Source of the DNA: Sphaeroforma arctica JP610
Lineage: Eukaryota
DNA length: 50,422 nt
Reading direction: 5' to 3'
Assembly (NCBI RefSeq): GCF_001186125.1
Contig: NW_014040358.1
Location: 1-50,422 of the forward strand
Shown here in pieces: positions 13,725 to 26,479 of this stretch (position 1 is the stretch's first letter; every line of letters begins with the position of its first letter). A model generated the notes under the pieces. It was not told the origin of the DNA, searched no databases, and worked only from the letters and a program-made list of their open reading frames with translations. Both the position numbers and the translations under genes were made by a program.

Positions 13725-14279
13725 TTGGCGCAATCCATGGACCCTAATATGTATGTACGCTCTCTGCGCGACAAAGATACTAACGTTTTAAGACGCGTTC
13801 TATGGATGACTAATACAATGCGTAAAAATTACCAAAAGTTTGGTCGTATAGTCAGTATGAATGCCCGCCATACGGGAAACGACAATTGGGGGTGGCAGAT
13901 ATTGATATTGGTAGGGCTGGGCAACGACGGGAAGATCAAGTACTTCGGTGCTATGCTTTTCTATCTGGAGACGAAGGAAATATTCAGATTTGTATTAGAT
14001 TCTCGTCAGAAGCTTATGGGCCAGAGGACGCCGTTGAAAACTCAGATAGTTTTTGTCGACAGTTCTTTAAACCAATCCGACATTAGAGAAGGTCAGTTCT
14101 ATTTCGCAGATATGTACCACACCAAGCAGAGTATCAGTAATTATCTTGGTAAGTACTTGAGTGCGAGGGTGGGATTAGCGGGGGACAAAGCTTTTTGCCA
14201 AAAACTCAAGAAAGGTGTCGCCATTACCTTTACATTGCTATCAACATACTGTCAGGAAAGAATGCTGCTACAGGGGTGA
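13725..14279 (+). mobile_element. Mutator-like (MULE/FAR1-type) transposase remnant
   Basis: 'LRRVLWMTNTMRKNYQKFGRIVSMNARH..NWGWQILILVGLGNDGKIKYFGAMLFYLETKEIFRFVL...IVFVD...DMYH' follows the MULE DDE domain layout. The first catalytic D appears as N and the C-terminal part is lost. Confidence 0.75.
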
Positions 14280-14349
14280 AATCCTTGAATAAGATGTGCC
14301 AACACATGTGTGACTGAGGTATAGCTGTGTAGCATCTAAGGACTAGATT

Positions 14350-14640
14350 ATCAAAAATCCAATCCGAATCCCAAAACCCAGAATCATGAAATATTGAGTT
14401 TTGGAATTAGGATTCAAACATTCCTAATGTTGGAGTCATCAGAAATATTAGCGGTAGAACCGGTAAGGTATACCAGGGCTCCGCGTGCGAGCGAAACACT
14501 CCCATAGAACCCTGAGTCTAGTGAATTAGAAAACACAAATAAAGACTCAGTCCGATTCTCTCAGACTAGGGACTTTCCTAGCTGATATAACCGTACTTGA
14601 GAAGAGGTCTATTGCATCCTTTGGCTCGTACTTTTCAGCT
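14350..14640 (+). repeat. Dispersed repeat copy B (inverted partner of 10880-11165)
   Basis: See copy A. Confidence 0.7.
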
Positions 14641-17276
14641 TCTCTCCATACTCTACATTTTTTTCTTCGATTTCCTTACTTAGATAAGTCAAATAAGAAC
14701 AGAACTCACATATGGTAATATGGTATGGAGCATTCAGTGAGTGAAAGAAAATGGTCACCTAGAACCGTTTACTTTATTAAGCACTATTACGGAACAAGTT
14801 TGAAGAAACAATATAAGAGCGGAGACGAGACCACAGCCAGGAGGCAGGCAAGAAGCTGAGAAACAACACTCAGCTGGTAGGAAAAAGAGAACAAAGGAAG
14901 GCAAGGAATAAGTAAGAAACTGACGCACGTTCTCCACTGCCATTCGATAATAACAAGGTCAGTTTTTGGGAAGTTTCAAGAAGTGTCTCACAGTTTGTAG
15001 AGAAGAAACACCCAAAAACTGTCAAGGTGATATAATTATCAATGTTGGGGTGAGAATTAAGGAAAAAGTATCATTAGTGATTTTCGACCAAGAACATTCA
15101 GTAGGTCATAACACATCCCAAAAAAAAGTGAAGAGAGACCTTTGTCTAATAAATGATACTAGCCCTAGCATTAGTATAACGATATAGAATATCATTACAT
15201 TAACCTAGTCAAAGTATATGAAGGTAAACAAGTGAAGTGAGGTTCAGACACTCATGCTAGTAGGGTAGCAAGAAGCATCTTTCAAGCATATATGTATAAG
15301 CACAAAAGATCATTGAATTTATCCGAGCATAACATTTAAAAAATTAGTAATGCAAAGCAACTGTTAATCACTCAAGACTTAGTATTAGTAAGAAGAACAA
15401 TAAGGCTTAGTATGAATAAGAAAAGCAATAGAAACTAAGAGTGTTCAACAATCTCAAAGGCACAAGATATCTGGGTGAAAAATAAATGTGCAGGGCAATT
15501 CACCCGCAAGAACATTTAGCATCAACAAAGCTTGGATCAACGAGCAAAAGATTGAGACCTACGAGCATTAGAATAAAATGCGGGATTGCACACTAAAGAA
15601 ATAATGCCTCTCGTGAGCCCTAGGCACAAGAAACACTCGATCAAATACGAGTCTTCAAAGGAAAATACCTCGGAAGAGATTTCAAGTCACATCTTGTAGT
15701 AATTAATATAAGGGCGTATACTACAAGAGGGGCTAAGGGGTAAAAGTGCCACCAAGGATAACCAACAGTAAAAGAGGTTTATAAAATATTATCAAAAGAT
15801 TCACAGAGTCCAGACAACAGAGTCGACAGGTTTCAACCATAAACAGAGGAAATCATCTTATAACACAATGCATACCCAATCGTATAGTGCACATATAATA
15901 GTATAAAAAAGGTACAAATATCCTTCACGAACAGTGGGGAGAAACAAGGGAGTCTCACAAGAAACGATAAAGGGCACAAAGTGTTAGAGTGCAATGTAGT
16001 AGACTTTAAATAAAGTGCAAATGTATGTATTTATTTCTGACCTCACCTTTGGTTATATAACCTAAGGTGTTTGTGCTAGTGTTCAGCCGCTTGGGCTGGC
16101 CACGGTAAAAACTCATATGGTCAGTATGAGAAACCTTATGCAGAACACTTTAACACTTCGATGCTATTCTATTTCAACTTCTTGCAACTAAATCTCATGC
16201 TGATCACATGATGTCTTTCCTGCATAGGTTGCGACTCATATAGAACCGCAGCTATTTTTAGAATGCTGCGGTCGACAGGCTTAATCCACTCTCGAAAATC
16301 GGTTGAGAAACTTAATCTGCTATCGGAAGTCGATTAAGTAATAACTCAAATCTTGGGAGTAATTTAAGCAACTTGATTAGCTCTAGGGAGTGAGCTAACT
16401 CTGATAACTTAGCTCTCGAGAGTGAGTTAACTCTGATGACTTCCATAAATCAAAGAGGGTTTCTTGCTGTAAAATCTGGCCTGAGACCTGTAGTCTCTCA
16501 CAAAGCACTATAGAACATAGGGTACAAACGTTTCTGGAACTAGATCAGACCCAATACGAGATTAGTGACATTGAATTAGGAAATAGCTCAAGACACACAT
16601 AATAAAGTTTATAGGGACAATCCAACCCGTAACTATACATAAACAAAGCACCAACGACCCGATTGAGTATGCTAAATACTGAGAACAATCAAGAAAGGTA
16701 GCTTGGACGTCTAAATCAATAAGTGACATCGAAATCACTCAGAACATTGAATCAGAATCAGAGTACGATATACTTAAGCACAACAATTCTTGAGGGATAT
16801 ACCAACCCATAAGAACACACAAACCAAGGATAATACAATTCATAAGAAAGCATAAACAAATCAACGAACACTTGATTGAGTACGCTGAGTATTATTAAAA
16901 CAATCAACAGATGTGCATGGTGGCATTCAAATCACGAGAATACATACTAGTTGCCACACATGGCATTAAAAGAAGTACAATGAGCAAGTACAAGCTTAAC
17001 AACACAATCACACCAGAGTGAAAGTAAACGAACTTTCTATAGGAATAAAAGCATTTATATCCCACCATATACAAAAAGGAAGACGTACACACAGCACATT
17101 ACAAACAAGTACACATGTATAACGCAAGGACACATGGCAATAAGTCAGTTCGGGACAAAGACACATAGTACGATATCACACATGAGAAGTGTAATATACT
17201 AAACAAGTGAGGTCAAAGAGACCAAATATCACAAGTGAGTTGATAAGTCCGAACGTCTCAAGTGTTGTCAACAGGA

Positions 17277-17508
17277 TGTGGTCAGAATACAAGTACTTAG
17301 GTTTTAGTTGTTTATTTTAGTTATTATAGTTTTTTTACAGTTTATCAGAATAATCTGATAACCCTTGTTTTTGCTGACTATTACAGCACATGTCTTATGA
17401 CTCACTTTTTGAGTCACTGATTTTACAATTACTAATAAATGAACAACGTCTCCCTCTCTACGGAGGGAGAACGTTGCGATACAGTTATTGAAGCGTTCGT
17501 TTACCACG
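17277..17508 (+). repeat. 5' LTR (~232 bp)
   Basis: tgtggt...accac(g) inverted termini, AATAAA at 17434-17439, internal hairpins. Confidence 0.8.
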
Positions 17509-20083
17509 GAAGTTGTGAGTTTATTAGTAATTAGGAAATAAGCTACCTTATAATAATTGAATGAATTTTATTAGATTTTTCTACAGGAATACGACGAACG
17601 GAGAAAGAGAACACCGATTGTTATAGTAGCGGAAGTAAGATGGCGCGACAAAATGACGAAATCTTTCAGAATCTACCCGCGGTAGAAGACGATAGTGGGT
17701 ACACAAGTAGTGACGCTAGTGCCACAATGCCATCATTGATGTCGAGTAGTGGCAGCGAAGAGGAAGAGACGCCGAGACCAAACGATCAGCACGACCGATG
17801 GAATCAGCAAAAGGAATCTGAAGTGAACAATGGACGCTTCAGGCTCAATAGAATCAGTATGGCTAGACAGCTCGAACGTTTCAGGCTTCCTAGACAGGTA
17901 TCTAACTTTACTGTGGCTCCAAGAACGGAGGCAAACAACGACACTACGACCGAACCCAAGGAGCCCACGACCGAACCCAAGAAGTAATCAAATCAGGAAC
18001 AGACATCTGAAGTACAAGAACGAAATGAGCAGGACAAGAAGGGCCAAACGGCCAAGACGAGGGTCCAGCCAGACGATCAGTTAAGTAGAAACAATCGTGC
18101 AAAATAGTTCGGTGATTATATGTTGTAGAAACAAATAGTATGGGTGAAATTGTGGGTTAAATATCGAGTTAGAACCCTATTCTGGAAATATTTTTGGTTA
18201 GAGGATGCTCAGTAGAAACTGCGTTAGAGAAATGGAACCAGTGTATATAGTGAGTAAGATCTAAGGGGTTGTATGCATAGAAGCAATCGGGAACAGAATT
18301 AGGAATGTTGCTCCTACGGTAGATGGGGCAGGTAGATATAATACTACAAGAAATACGTCCTAACTCTAGGCATAGACAAAGGGAAGAGTTAGGTAGTTCG
18401 CAGTGTCCCAGTTAGAAGATACTGAAAGGGACTAAAACGAAGGTTAGAAAGCAAGTAAGGACATAAAGAATAAGTCAGCGTAAACAATTATAGATGTACA
18501 CTATGATATCATAAGCATAGTACGTTACTAACGTGGTATGAGAGATTCTTCTTGACGAAATTGAGAGATCGAAGGGGTAGAGAGTATGTACATATTTAAA
18601 TGGTACCCAGGTATATTGAACAAAGAGGTTAGCAATAGGATCGTGGAACGATACTGTAAATCAAAGAACCACCTTAGAAGTTACAGTACATAGACAAGGA
18701 CGATATCTGGTAAACTAGGGGATGCGAGGTAAGAATTATAGTGCACAGTTAGAATCCACAGAGGCACTAGGAACTACTTGTCTAAGCATAACTTTGTGTC
18801 AGAGATGCTCGAAAGAAAGTACCAAGCAGGATCTAGATGTAAACAGAGGGGTCCGTAGGGCACGACAGGCCGACAATAGGCAGTTACATATCGATAACCG
18901 CAACGGCACATGCAGCTGCACAAGGGAGCAAGATTAGCAAAGGAAGGGGAGTAAAGCGAGAGAGGTGGAGCTCTCTAAGGAGCAAAAGTATGTCGCCGAA
19001 GAAGGATGTGACTACACTAGGAGGTTGGAGTAGCACCCAAAGAGTGTAGGGTGAACCCGACAAGTATTTCATCGAAGGATATACGGCACCATAGTCTGCT
19101 GGAGGCATGAGCAGGATTCGTGTACTAATGTGCCACTCTGAAAAGGAACGTAGTGAAGGGTACGGAATATATCTTTCCGGGCAAACAGTGTCGAGACTTG
19201 TTGAGATGAGAAATGATCTCTATGACGGAGAAATATTTATACCCGACCTATTTCGAGGACGTTTACATACATTTCCAATCCTCCCCACGCTAGAGTCCCG
19301 TCCAGTGGAAAATCGTCCGGTACCATCACCTCGTACATGGCCCGATTGGCCCTCGAATAGATACCACCTCCACAACATCATGGAACGGGACACGAAGGGG
19401 GCTCTACTGGATGTTTTTAAGAAGGCGCAAATCGCAAGGTTAGATGAGAGTTGGAGCCTTACATGGTTTCACTATCTTACTTTAAGGCTGAGAAGTTAAC
19501 ATTAGATTACATACGTGACAACTCTGAACGATTGAAGATGTGGACGCCACAACTACAAATCGAACAGATTTGCTCGCACGAGACTCAAGCCACTGTTGAT
19601 CCCACGTTTCGTAAGCTTGCCAAGGGCCACAACCGCAACATGCACACCCCTATTATGGAACAAATGACACAACTCATGGAGAACTACAGGAGGGCACGTG
19701 AACGATGCCAGACGGAGGCAGACTTCCAACAGAATTTATTAAACCACTGCATTGTTCAACTGTTGGAGGAAGCTCTCAACGGCCGTACGTATGAACGCAC
19801 TCTACAATTGCATCCCAAATGGTAGTTAATCAAGACTCACGAGCTTCTACAGTTGTTGGGTCCCGACATTCAGAACGCACAGCAGCGCACTGCGGCGCGA
19901 CTCCAGAACCGGAATAATCGCGAAGGTCCACCAAGTAATGGGGCTCGTGACTACACCAATAGCCGCCCTAACCCACAGACGGTTCGACGACAGTCACAGA
20001 ACTGGGCACAGCGACCCCAGCCGACATTACCTACAACGTGTGCTGGATGTCGGGCACAAGCACCGCCAGGTTCACGTCATATT

Positions 20084-20211
20084 TTACAGCACATGACTTA
20101 TGACTCACTTTTAGAGTCACTAATTTTACAATTACTAATAAATGAACACCGTCTCCCTCTCTACGGAGGGAGAACGTTGCGATACAGTTATTGAAGCGTT
20201 CGTTTACCACA
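20084..20211 (+). repeat. 3' LTR, 5'-truncated
   Basis: Near-identical to 17381-17508. Confidence 0.85.
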
Positions 20212-20639
20212 AGGATAGGACATCTCAGGTGATATCACAATCACGAAAGTTCGGTACAGGACCGAACATTCACAGGTGACGTCAATAAGACTGAACATCC
20301 ATAGGGGACGTCAATAAGACCGGACATCTTTGGTAACATCACTAGGACCAAACATCAAGCTAATATCACTTACATGAGAAAATACTTTCACATATGACAA
20401 AATAAATACTAGTAAGTCCACACGTGACTAAATAAGCCTGACTAACAAACACTACCTAAACCTTCTCAAACACAGGAAGGAACGCAACAACCTACTGCAC
20501 CACAAAGAAAGGTAAACACTTCCCACGGAAGTACAGCAAAGCGTGAGAACGACAAAAGTAAGTAAGATAAATTACTTTTTTTTTACTTATACAATTTACC
20601 AGCAAAGACAAGGGGGTGAAGTGCGTATTCGCACAGAAG

Positions 20640-20642
<3 letters not shown>

Positions 20643-20717
<75 letters not shown>

Positions 20718-20718
20718 A
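20643..20718. repeat. (TA)n(TG)n microsatellite
   Basis: Directly visible. Confidence 0.95.
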
Positions 20719-22673
20719 GATACATATATTTATATAGATATATCTTGTAAAACAATATATTTAGAGTTACTTCAAGAGGTACGTGCAGTAGGTACGTGTA
20801 TAGGTATTCATCTTTATCCACATATGTATTTTAGTTGTCGGACGATACTGTTACATAGATAGCCAGGCGTACGTGAAGGTATGAATATTTAGTAGAGGTG
20901 CCTATAACATTGTACGCGTATATGGGGAGTGAGAGGTGGATGTGCCAGATTAGTATATACGTGTTGTTACATATATATATATATCGATATAGTTGTGTAC
21001 TTAAAATATATCTACCTATACATGAATATGTATAAAGGCGGAAGCTAGATATACTTATTATATGGGTACAAAGGTTTATATGTACAACATGGTATTCCAG
21101 TTGACTTGTCTTGACACGAAACACATCTATATGCGTGAAAACAGGCATTGGACTATTAGGTCTCGTTTATAGCATTGCTTCTACGTGCTGCGGCATGATA
21201 CTGACACGCCCATGCGCACTATAAATGCACCGTACGGCATATCTCGCGAATTAACACCAACGAATATCTACGCCATACATATATACACGTACATATAAAT
21301 ATATACGTGTATGTGTTCATTGGATATATGTATACATGTACATGCTCGAGTATATATGTATACATACCAGCGTACATCTAGTCGAGTATGTTATATTCAA
21401 ATATATATATGCGGATAAGTACGCCCACATTATATATATAGGTGTGGGTGAATGTATGTATTTTTCAGGTCTAGACGTGAGGAGCGATCTGATTCGTTAG
21501 GAGGCGAGTCCGTTGAAGTAAACATAGGTGAATGGCTCTTGTAGATGAACGTGTTGATGTGCAAGCATATATCTTAGATGATATATATATATATATATAT
21601 ATACTATAGTTGTATGCGTACTTATACATGTACATGTGTGCGTGTGTTTAGGTAAATAAACAAACAGATGTGTGTACACCTATGTGATGATGTGGATGAG
21701 TAGGATAGATATACATGTACAAGAATAGGATATGAGCACCTGTCCCAGGAAGATCACCGTGCCTATTAGGGTAAGGGGGTTGCACGTTCTAGCTGTATGT
21801 TGCCGAACCGCATACTGTATCCGTAGGTGATACAAGAGTGTATCAATTATCGCCGAGCTATCCGCAGTACATATTAATGGTTGTGAAGCGACACATTGGT
21901 GTCGTGCTGTATTCCGGTGCAATGCCGCACTAAGGTGCGATGCAACATTGTGTGAAGTGATATGCTGCGCTGTAATGCCACATATCTATAGACTGTGAAA
22001 CACTGGCTCCACGTCGAGTCTCGTGGTGGAGAAAAGTCGCTTGGATTCATAGTATGTCACGAGGAGGCGGGTGTAGACTCCTTGTTGTCTATGGATATGA
22101 TCAACCAGTAGTCGTCGTTTGAGTTCCCACGGTGTATAGTTGCTATAGGTATTTCGGTTCCTGCGACCGTTGATGAGACGAGCTGCGGGAGAGCGCATTT
22201 GACTAGCAAGCGATCAATGAAAATAAATATGCACACGCGGTAGGAACTCTCGTCGCCCGATAAATATCGGTTGAACTACAGATGAGTTACATAGGCGTAA
22301 GGTAGCATTATTACACGGGGTAAGTTTCCGTGTGCGAGTTGACTCTTGTAACGCTATAATGTTACATCTTCATTCAATGTATCTGATGCGACCAGTCGAG
22401 ATAACTACAAGTCAGTTGATAGTGAGTCATGTGCCCTGCGGCAAATTGCTGCGATGGTTGACCAAAGTGTGTGTACTATTCAACATTCGAGTGACCTAAT
22501 AGCTGTCCGTCAACTCTCGTAGCTAGTGGCATCGATTGAGTTTATCATGTCTGTTTAGTATGCGAGCGAGAATTCTTGTAAACTCACGTGACCGGAAGAT
22601 ATCAATTGAGTTCACACAGACACCTGCGAGTGATTGGAGTTGTTTTAGATACAATCACGTGGCACACTCAGTA

Positions 22674-23442
22674 TGTAATAGCCGGGCCTCCACATTAGAC
22701 TCTATGATATAAACGTACTCTTAAGCAGTACGTAAACCATAAACGTACTCTTAATAGTACAAGGAACTTAAGTTTCCTAAATGGGTTTTAACGGTTTTAT
22801 TAATTAATACCTTTTCACTTTTACATATCAGATATTTGGACAAGGCCATTAAAAGGCCCCAGTAAAATACCAAACATATGATTTGGTCTAGTTCTATTGA
22901 TAGAACTATATTTACTTTCCAAATCTATTTATATCTGAATACTTCGGTAGTGAGATGGCTCAACCGAACATAAGTTTCTAGGACTATTAGCGTTGCTTAG
23001 TTTATCATCCGTTCAACCAACCAGATGTGCCAGTTGGATGAAGGCTAAGTCGGTAATTCTTGATAAGTGGCAAGTTATTGGTTAATTCAATAACTATGGA
23101 CATCAGGAGTTATTTTTCTTTTTTCTATTCTTTTTTTCTTCTAAAGATAGGATTTTATGAGTCTCTCGGATTCGCCCCAACGAAACATACCTTAGTTTCT
23201 AATAAAGTGACACCGAAACACCAAATAAAATCCCTTCGGCGAAAACAGTACTGAGAGGAATGTGTATTGGCAATGTCTCAGCCTCAAAATCCCTCAGAGT
23301 ATTGCTGTTTTCACGAGGCATACCTAACTTTACCAAAAGACTCGTTTCGTTTATTTACTTCGAATTTCACGATACTTAGACTTAACCTATGCGTTTAATT
23401 ACTCTAAGGCGTTAATATCGCCTTGATAGACCGAATCTTACC
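22674..23442 (+). repeat. 5' LTR
   Basis: tgtaatagccgggcctcc...gaccgaatcttacc; direct repeat of 29651-30423. Confidence 0.93.
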
Positions 23443-23544
23443 CATTTTAAAGTTAGCAAAGGTATTAACTACTTAGACTACTTGAACGTAAAGGTAGATT
23501 TTTTATTCCTTAAGAGAAAAAGACTGAAGCCATAAGTTAAGACT

Positions 23545-25939
23545 ATGACAAAAAAAGACAATAAACCTTCAAAGAAACGCAAGACTGAACGTAAGAAGAT
23601 GGAGAGAGAAGCCGCTAGCGCTGCCGCAGAAGCAACCGCCGCTGCTGCCAATGCGTTTAACCGCACCGTAGCCGAAGCACTTGTCTCTGACAATAACAGT
23701 CAACAGGATAATGCTTCGGATAAGGATGTAGCCGCTCCGATTAAGGAGACTACTTCTACAGACAGAGCCCGAGGGCCAACTATTGCTTCCACTTCAAAGC
23801 TTGCATTTACGAAACCAAGAAGTGAAACAAGGGACACGTCTCAAGACGCCCCAACCAATTCTTCTGACGAAACTCAGAAAGAAAAGTCCCCAATTATAGG
23901 GGACAAAGACGAATCTCAGAAGGTACCTATACCGGAACCAGAAGAGGAGGCAAGCTCAAGTGGCAAACCCGAATCTACATCCGAGACCACTGAACCAACG
24001 CGCATATGTAAGTTAATTACTGAAAACACTGATCTTAAGAATCAGTTAGCCACCCTTATGAAAGACTTGACTGTTGAACATGTAGATCGAATGTATAGAT
24101 CACGAAAACATACACAGCACTTACGCGAGCATGTTTCTCCGGGCATTACTGAATCCCTGCAGAAGTGAACAGAACGTCGACAGGCAATTCCGCCCGAAAA
24201 GCGTAAAGGCCTGAGCGCTACACCTGTGGCAGATGTGGCAGATGTGCTTAGCGTATCTATACCTTACGAGATACTACCACCAGAACTTCAGGTTAATTAC
24301 TCGCCTGTTCTAACACCCGGCTATGAGTCGCCCGTCCTTGAAGGTATTATAGACCCAGAGGCATGTAAAAATACTCCGCCACCTTTACTCAACTGGGATG
24401 ACAATCGTCGAAAACCAGTTAAGACTGGGTATGTTATCCACCCAAGAGTATAATACCAACTACTATCCGAGGAACAGAGCACCGAAAGGCCTAAACCATG
24501 GACTTTACAATGGGTAATAAACACCTCCGTAAACGTGTTAACGATGTCGAATTTAATCGCTTCGATCGCACAGCATTACACCAGCCCGCAGAGGATTTCC
24601 ACTCTGACGAGGTGACCGAACTTAATAAATCGGTCGACGATTACACCAATAAGATGGAAATCGCCCATGACGAGCACCGTGCTGATGACGTATCATATTT
24701 TGCTAATATGATCGCGATCAAGCAGAAGCGCATCGATCAGCTACTTCAGGCCCAACGTGGGCAAGACCACAGGGATACCCCCGCAGAGGATTTCCACTCT
24801 GACGAGGTGACCGAACTTAATATACCGGTCGACGATTACACCAATAAGATGGAAATCGCCCATGACGAGCACCGTGCTGATGACGTATCATATTTTGCTA
24901 ATATGATCGCGATCAAGCAGAAGCGCATCGATCAGCTACTTCAGGCCCAACGTGGGCAAGACCACAGGGATACCCAGAAGTACAAGTGACAGATCAGTCG
25001 ACTTAAGTCGAACTGGGATGCCAACAGCAAGCAGGTCGAGTTTATAAACAACCATGACCTCGACACGTTAACCTGTACGCTTAATGCGTTTACGGTCATG
25101 CTGGAGACGAATGATATCGCTCCAATGGATTTCCGCTTTAATGCAGTCGTTTGACCCTACAGGAACAAGTTACTTGATCTTGCAACGACACCAGCATGAG
25201 CTAGACATTTGTCGTGACTGGCCAGCTGTGTGTTGGTTGGATACGTTCTTATTAAGCAAGGTCATGCGAAGTCCAGGACTGAGTTCAATCTTAACTGAAC
25301 CAGTTGAGAATACTCCTATTCAGAGTTATATTCTGAAACTCGATGCTGACCTTAAACGTCCAGATATAACAAAGGACAAGGCACAGCGATGGCACGAGTT
25401 CCTGGTTATGCATGTTTTATGTAAGAACATAGGGAACAACGACCGTGAAAGTCTGTACACCGAGTTGCAACGTAAATACGCTACTGAGGCTCGAGACAAG
25501 GGACATGAAACAAAGTTTCATCTATCCCGACTTACGTGGGAACAGTTTTATGATACTGTATCCACTCTTTTCCCGCATACCGAGTAACCTCGAAGGGAAA
25601 GGTGGTAAATAAGAAAAATCGGACACCTCTCACGCCAGACGTCAGGTGATAAACCTCGTCAGACGCGTCCTAACCAGACACGTGCTCGTGACTCCACTCA
25701 ATCAACGCAACCCAATGTACGGGCACGCGCGGAGGCGAAGGACAAGGAACCTTCATTCAAGGAGATTAAGAAATGTGCCGACACACAGTGTGGGTATGAC
25801 ATGTACCAATTGACCCCTAACGGTTATTGGAATGGCAGACATGCACCCACACTTTCTTACTAAGTGTGACAAGTGTGAGAAGACCAATGGCTATCACGCC
25901 AAGTCTTGTGACAGAAAGCCCGACATTAAGTTGGAGTGA
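23545..25939 (+). pseudogene. gag: gag region (fragmented) with C-terminal Cys/His knuckles
   Basis: Run of same-strand ORF pieces (23545-24168, 24226-24453, 24498-24989, 25084-25587) between the 5' LTR and protease. 'KCDKCEKTNGYHAKSC' occurs at ~25862-25909. Confidence 0.65.
24585..24974 (+). repeat. In-frame 195-bp (65-aa) tandem duplication inside gag
   Basis: Units 24585-24779 and 24780-24974, differing only around NKS/NIP. Confidence 0.95.
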
Positions 25940-25989
25940 AAGTATCACCAGGTACAATCGTTACAAAGGAAATACAACGACTCGTTAGA

Positions 25990-26338
25990 CGAGCGTGTAA
26001 TAATACCTGTATATTGCAATTGAGATAAAGTCCTTGCATTGATTGATCCTGGTTCAGAAATTTCATGCATATCCGACCGCTTTGCATTAATGAAAGACAT
26101 TGAAAGGCGCACTCAAACTACTCACCTAATCTTAGCAGATGACAAAACTTCTAAGTGTGATACCATGGTCACAGATGTTAAAATCTCCCTGGCCGATGAT
26201 AGAAATATCACTACCCAAGCTGTGATAGTTAAGATGTCACAGAAGTACGACTTAATAGTCGGAATGAGTGACTTACTCACTCTAGGTATAACCGTAACTG
26301 GTTTACCAAATAACATAGATCCATTAAGGGATCAATAG
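25990..26338 (+). pseudogene. Retropepsin-type aspartic protease
   Basis: 'VLALIDPGSEISCIS...LILAD...YDLIVGMSDLLTLG'. Confidence 0.85.
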
Positions 26339-26479
26339 ACGATATCTGTCTGAAACCATATAAGCCCCCGTCAGACACAGTCAAGGCATTAATACCTGAC
26401 TTTGCGGACAAAATTATGGATCTGATTCTAGTAAATAGGAAGATAAAGATCACAGATTGGGCAAATTTTTGTTTTCGCA

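Larger units (their letters stand above)
17277..20211 (+). mobile_element. Internally deleted LTR retrotransposon (gag remnants only) with 4-bp target-site duplication AGGA
   Basis: Starts tgtggtcaga and ends tttaccaca. AGGA occurs at 17273-17276 and 20212-20215. A 127-bp direct repeat lies at 17381-17507 / 20084-20210. Broken gag-like ORFs (17640-17987, 19107-20080) end in a CxxC knuckle start 'CAGC' fused to the truncated 3' LTR. Confidence 0.8.

Noticed and set aside
21466..22200. Exon-like segments among microsatellites
   Set aside because: No phase-consistent model or recognisable protein.
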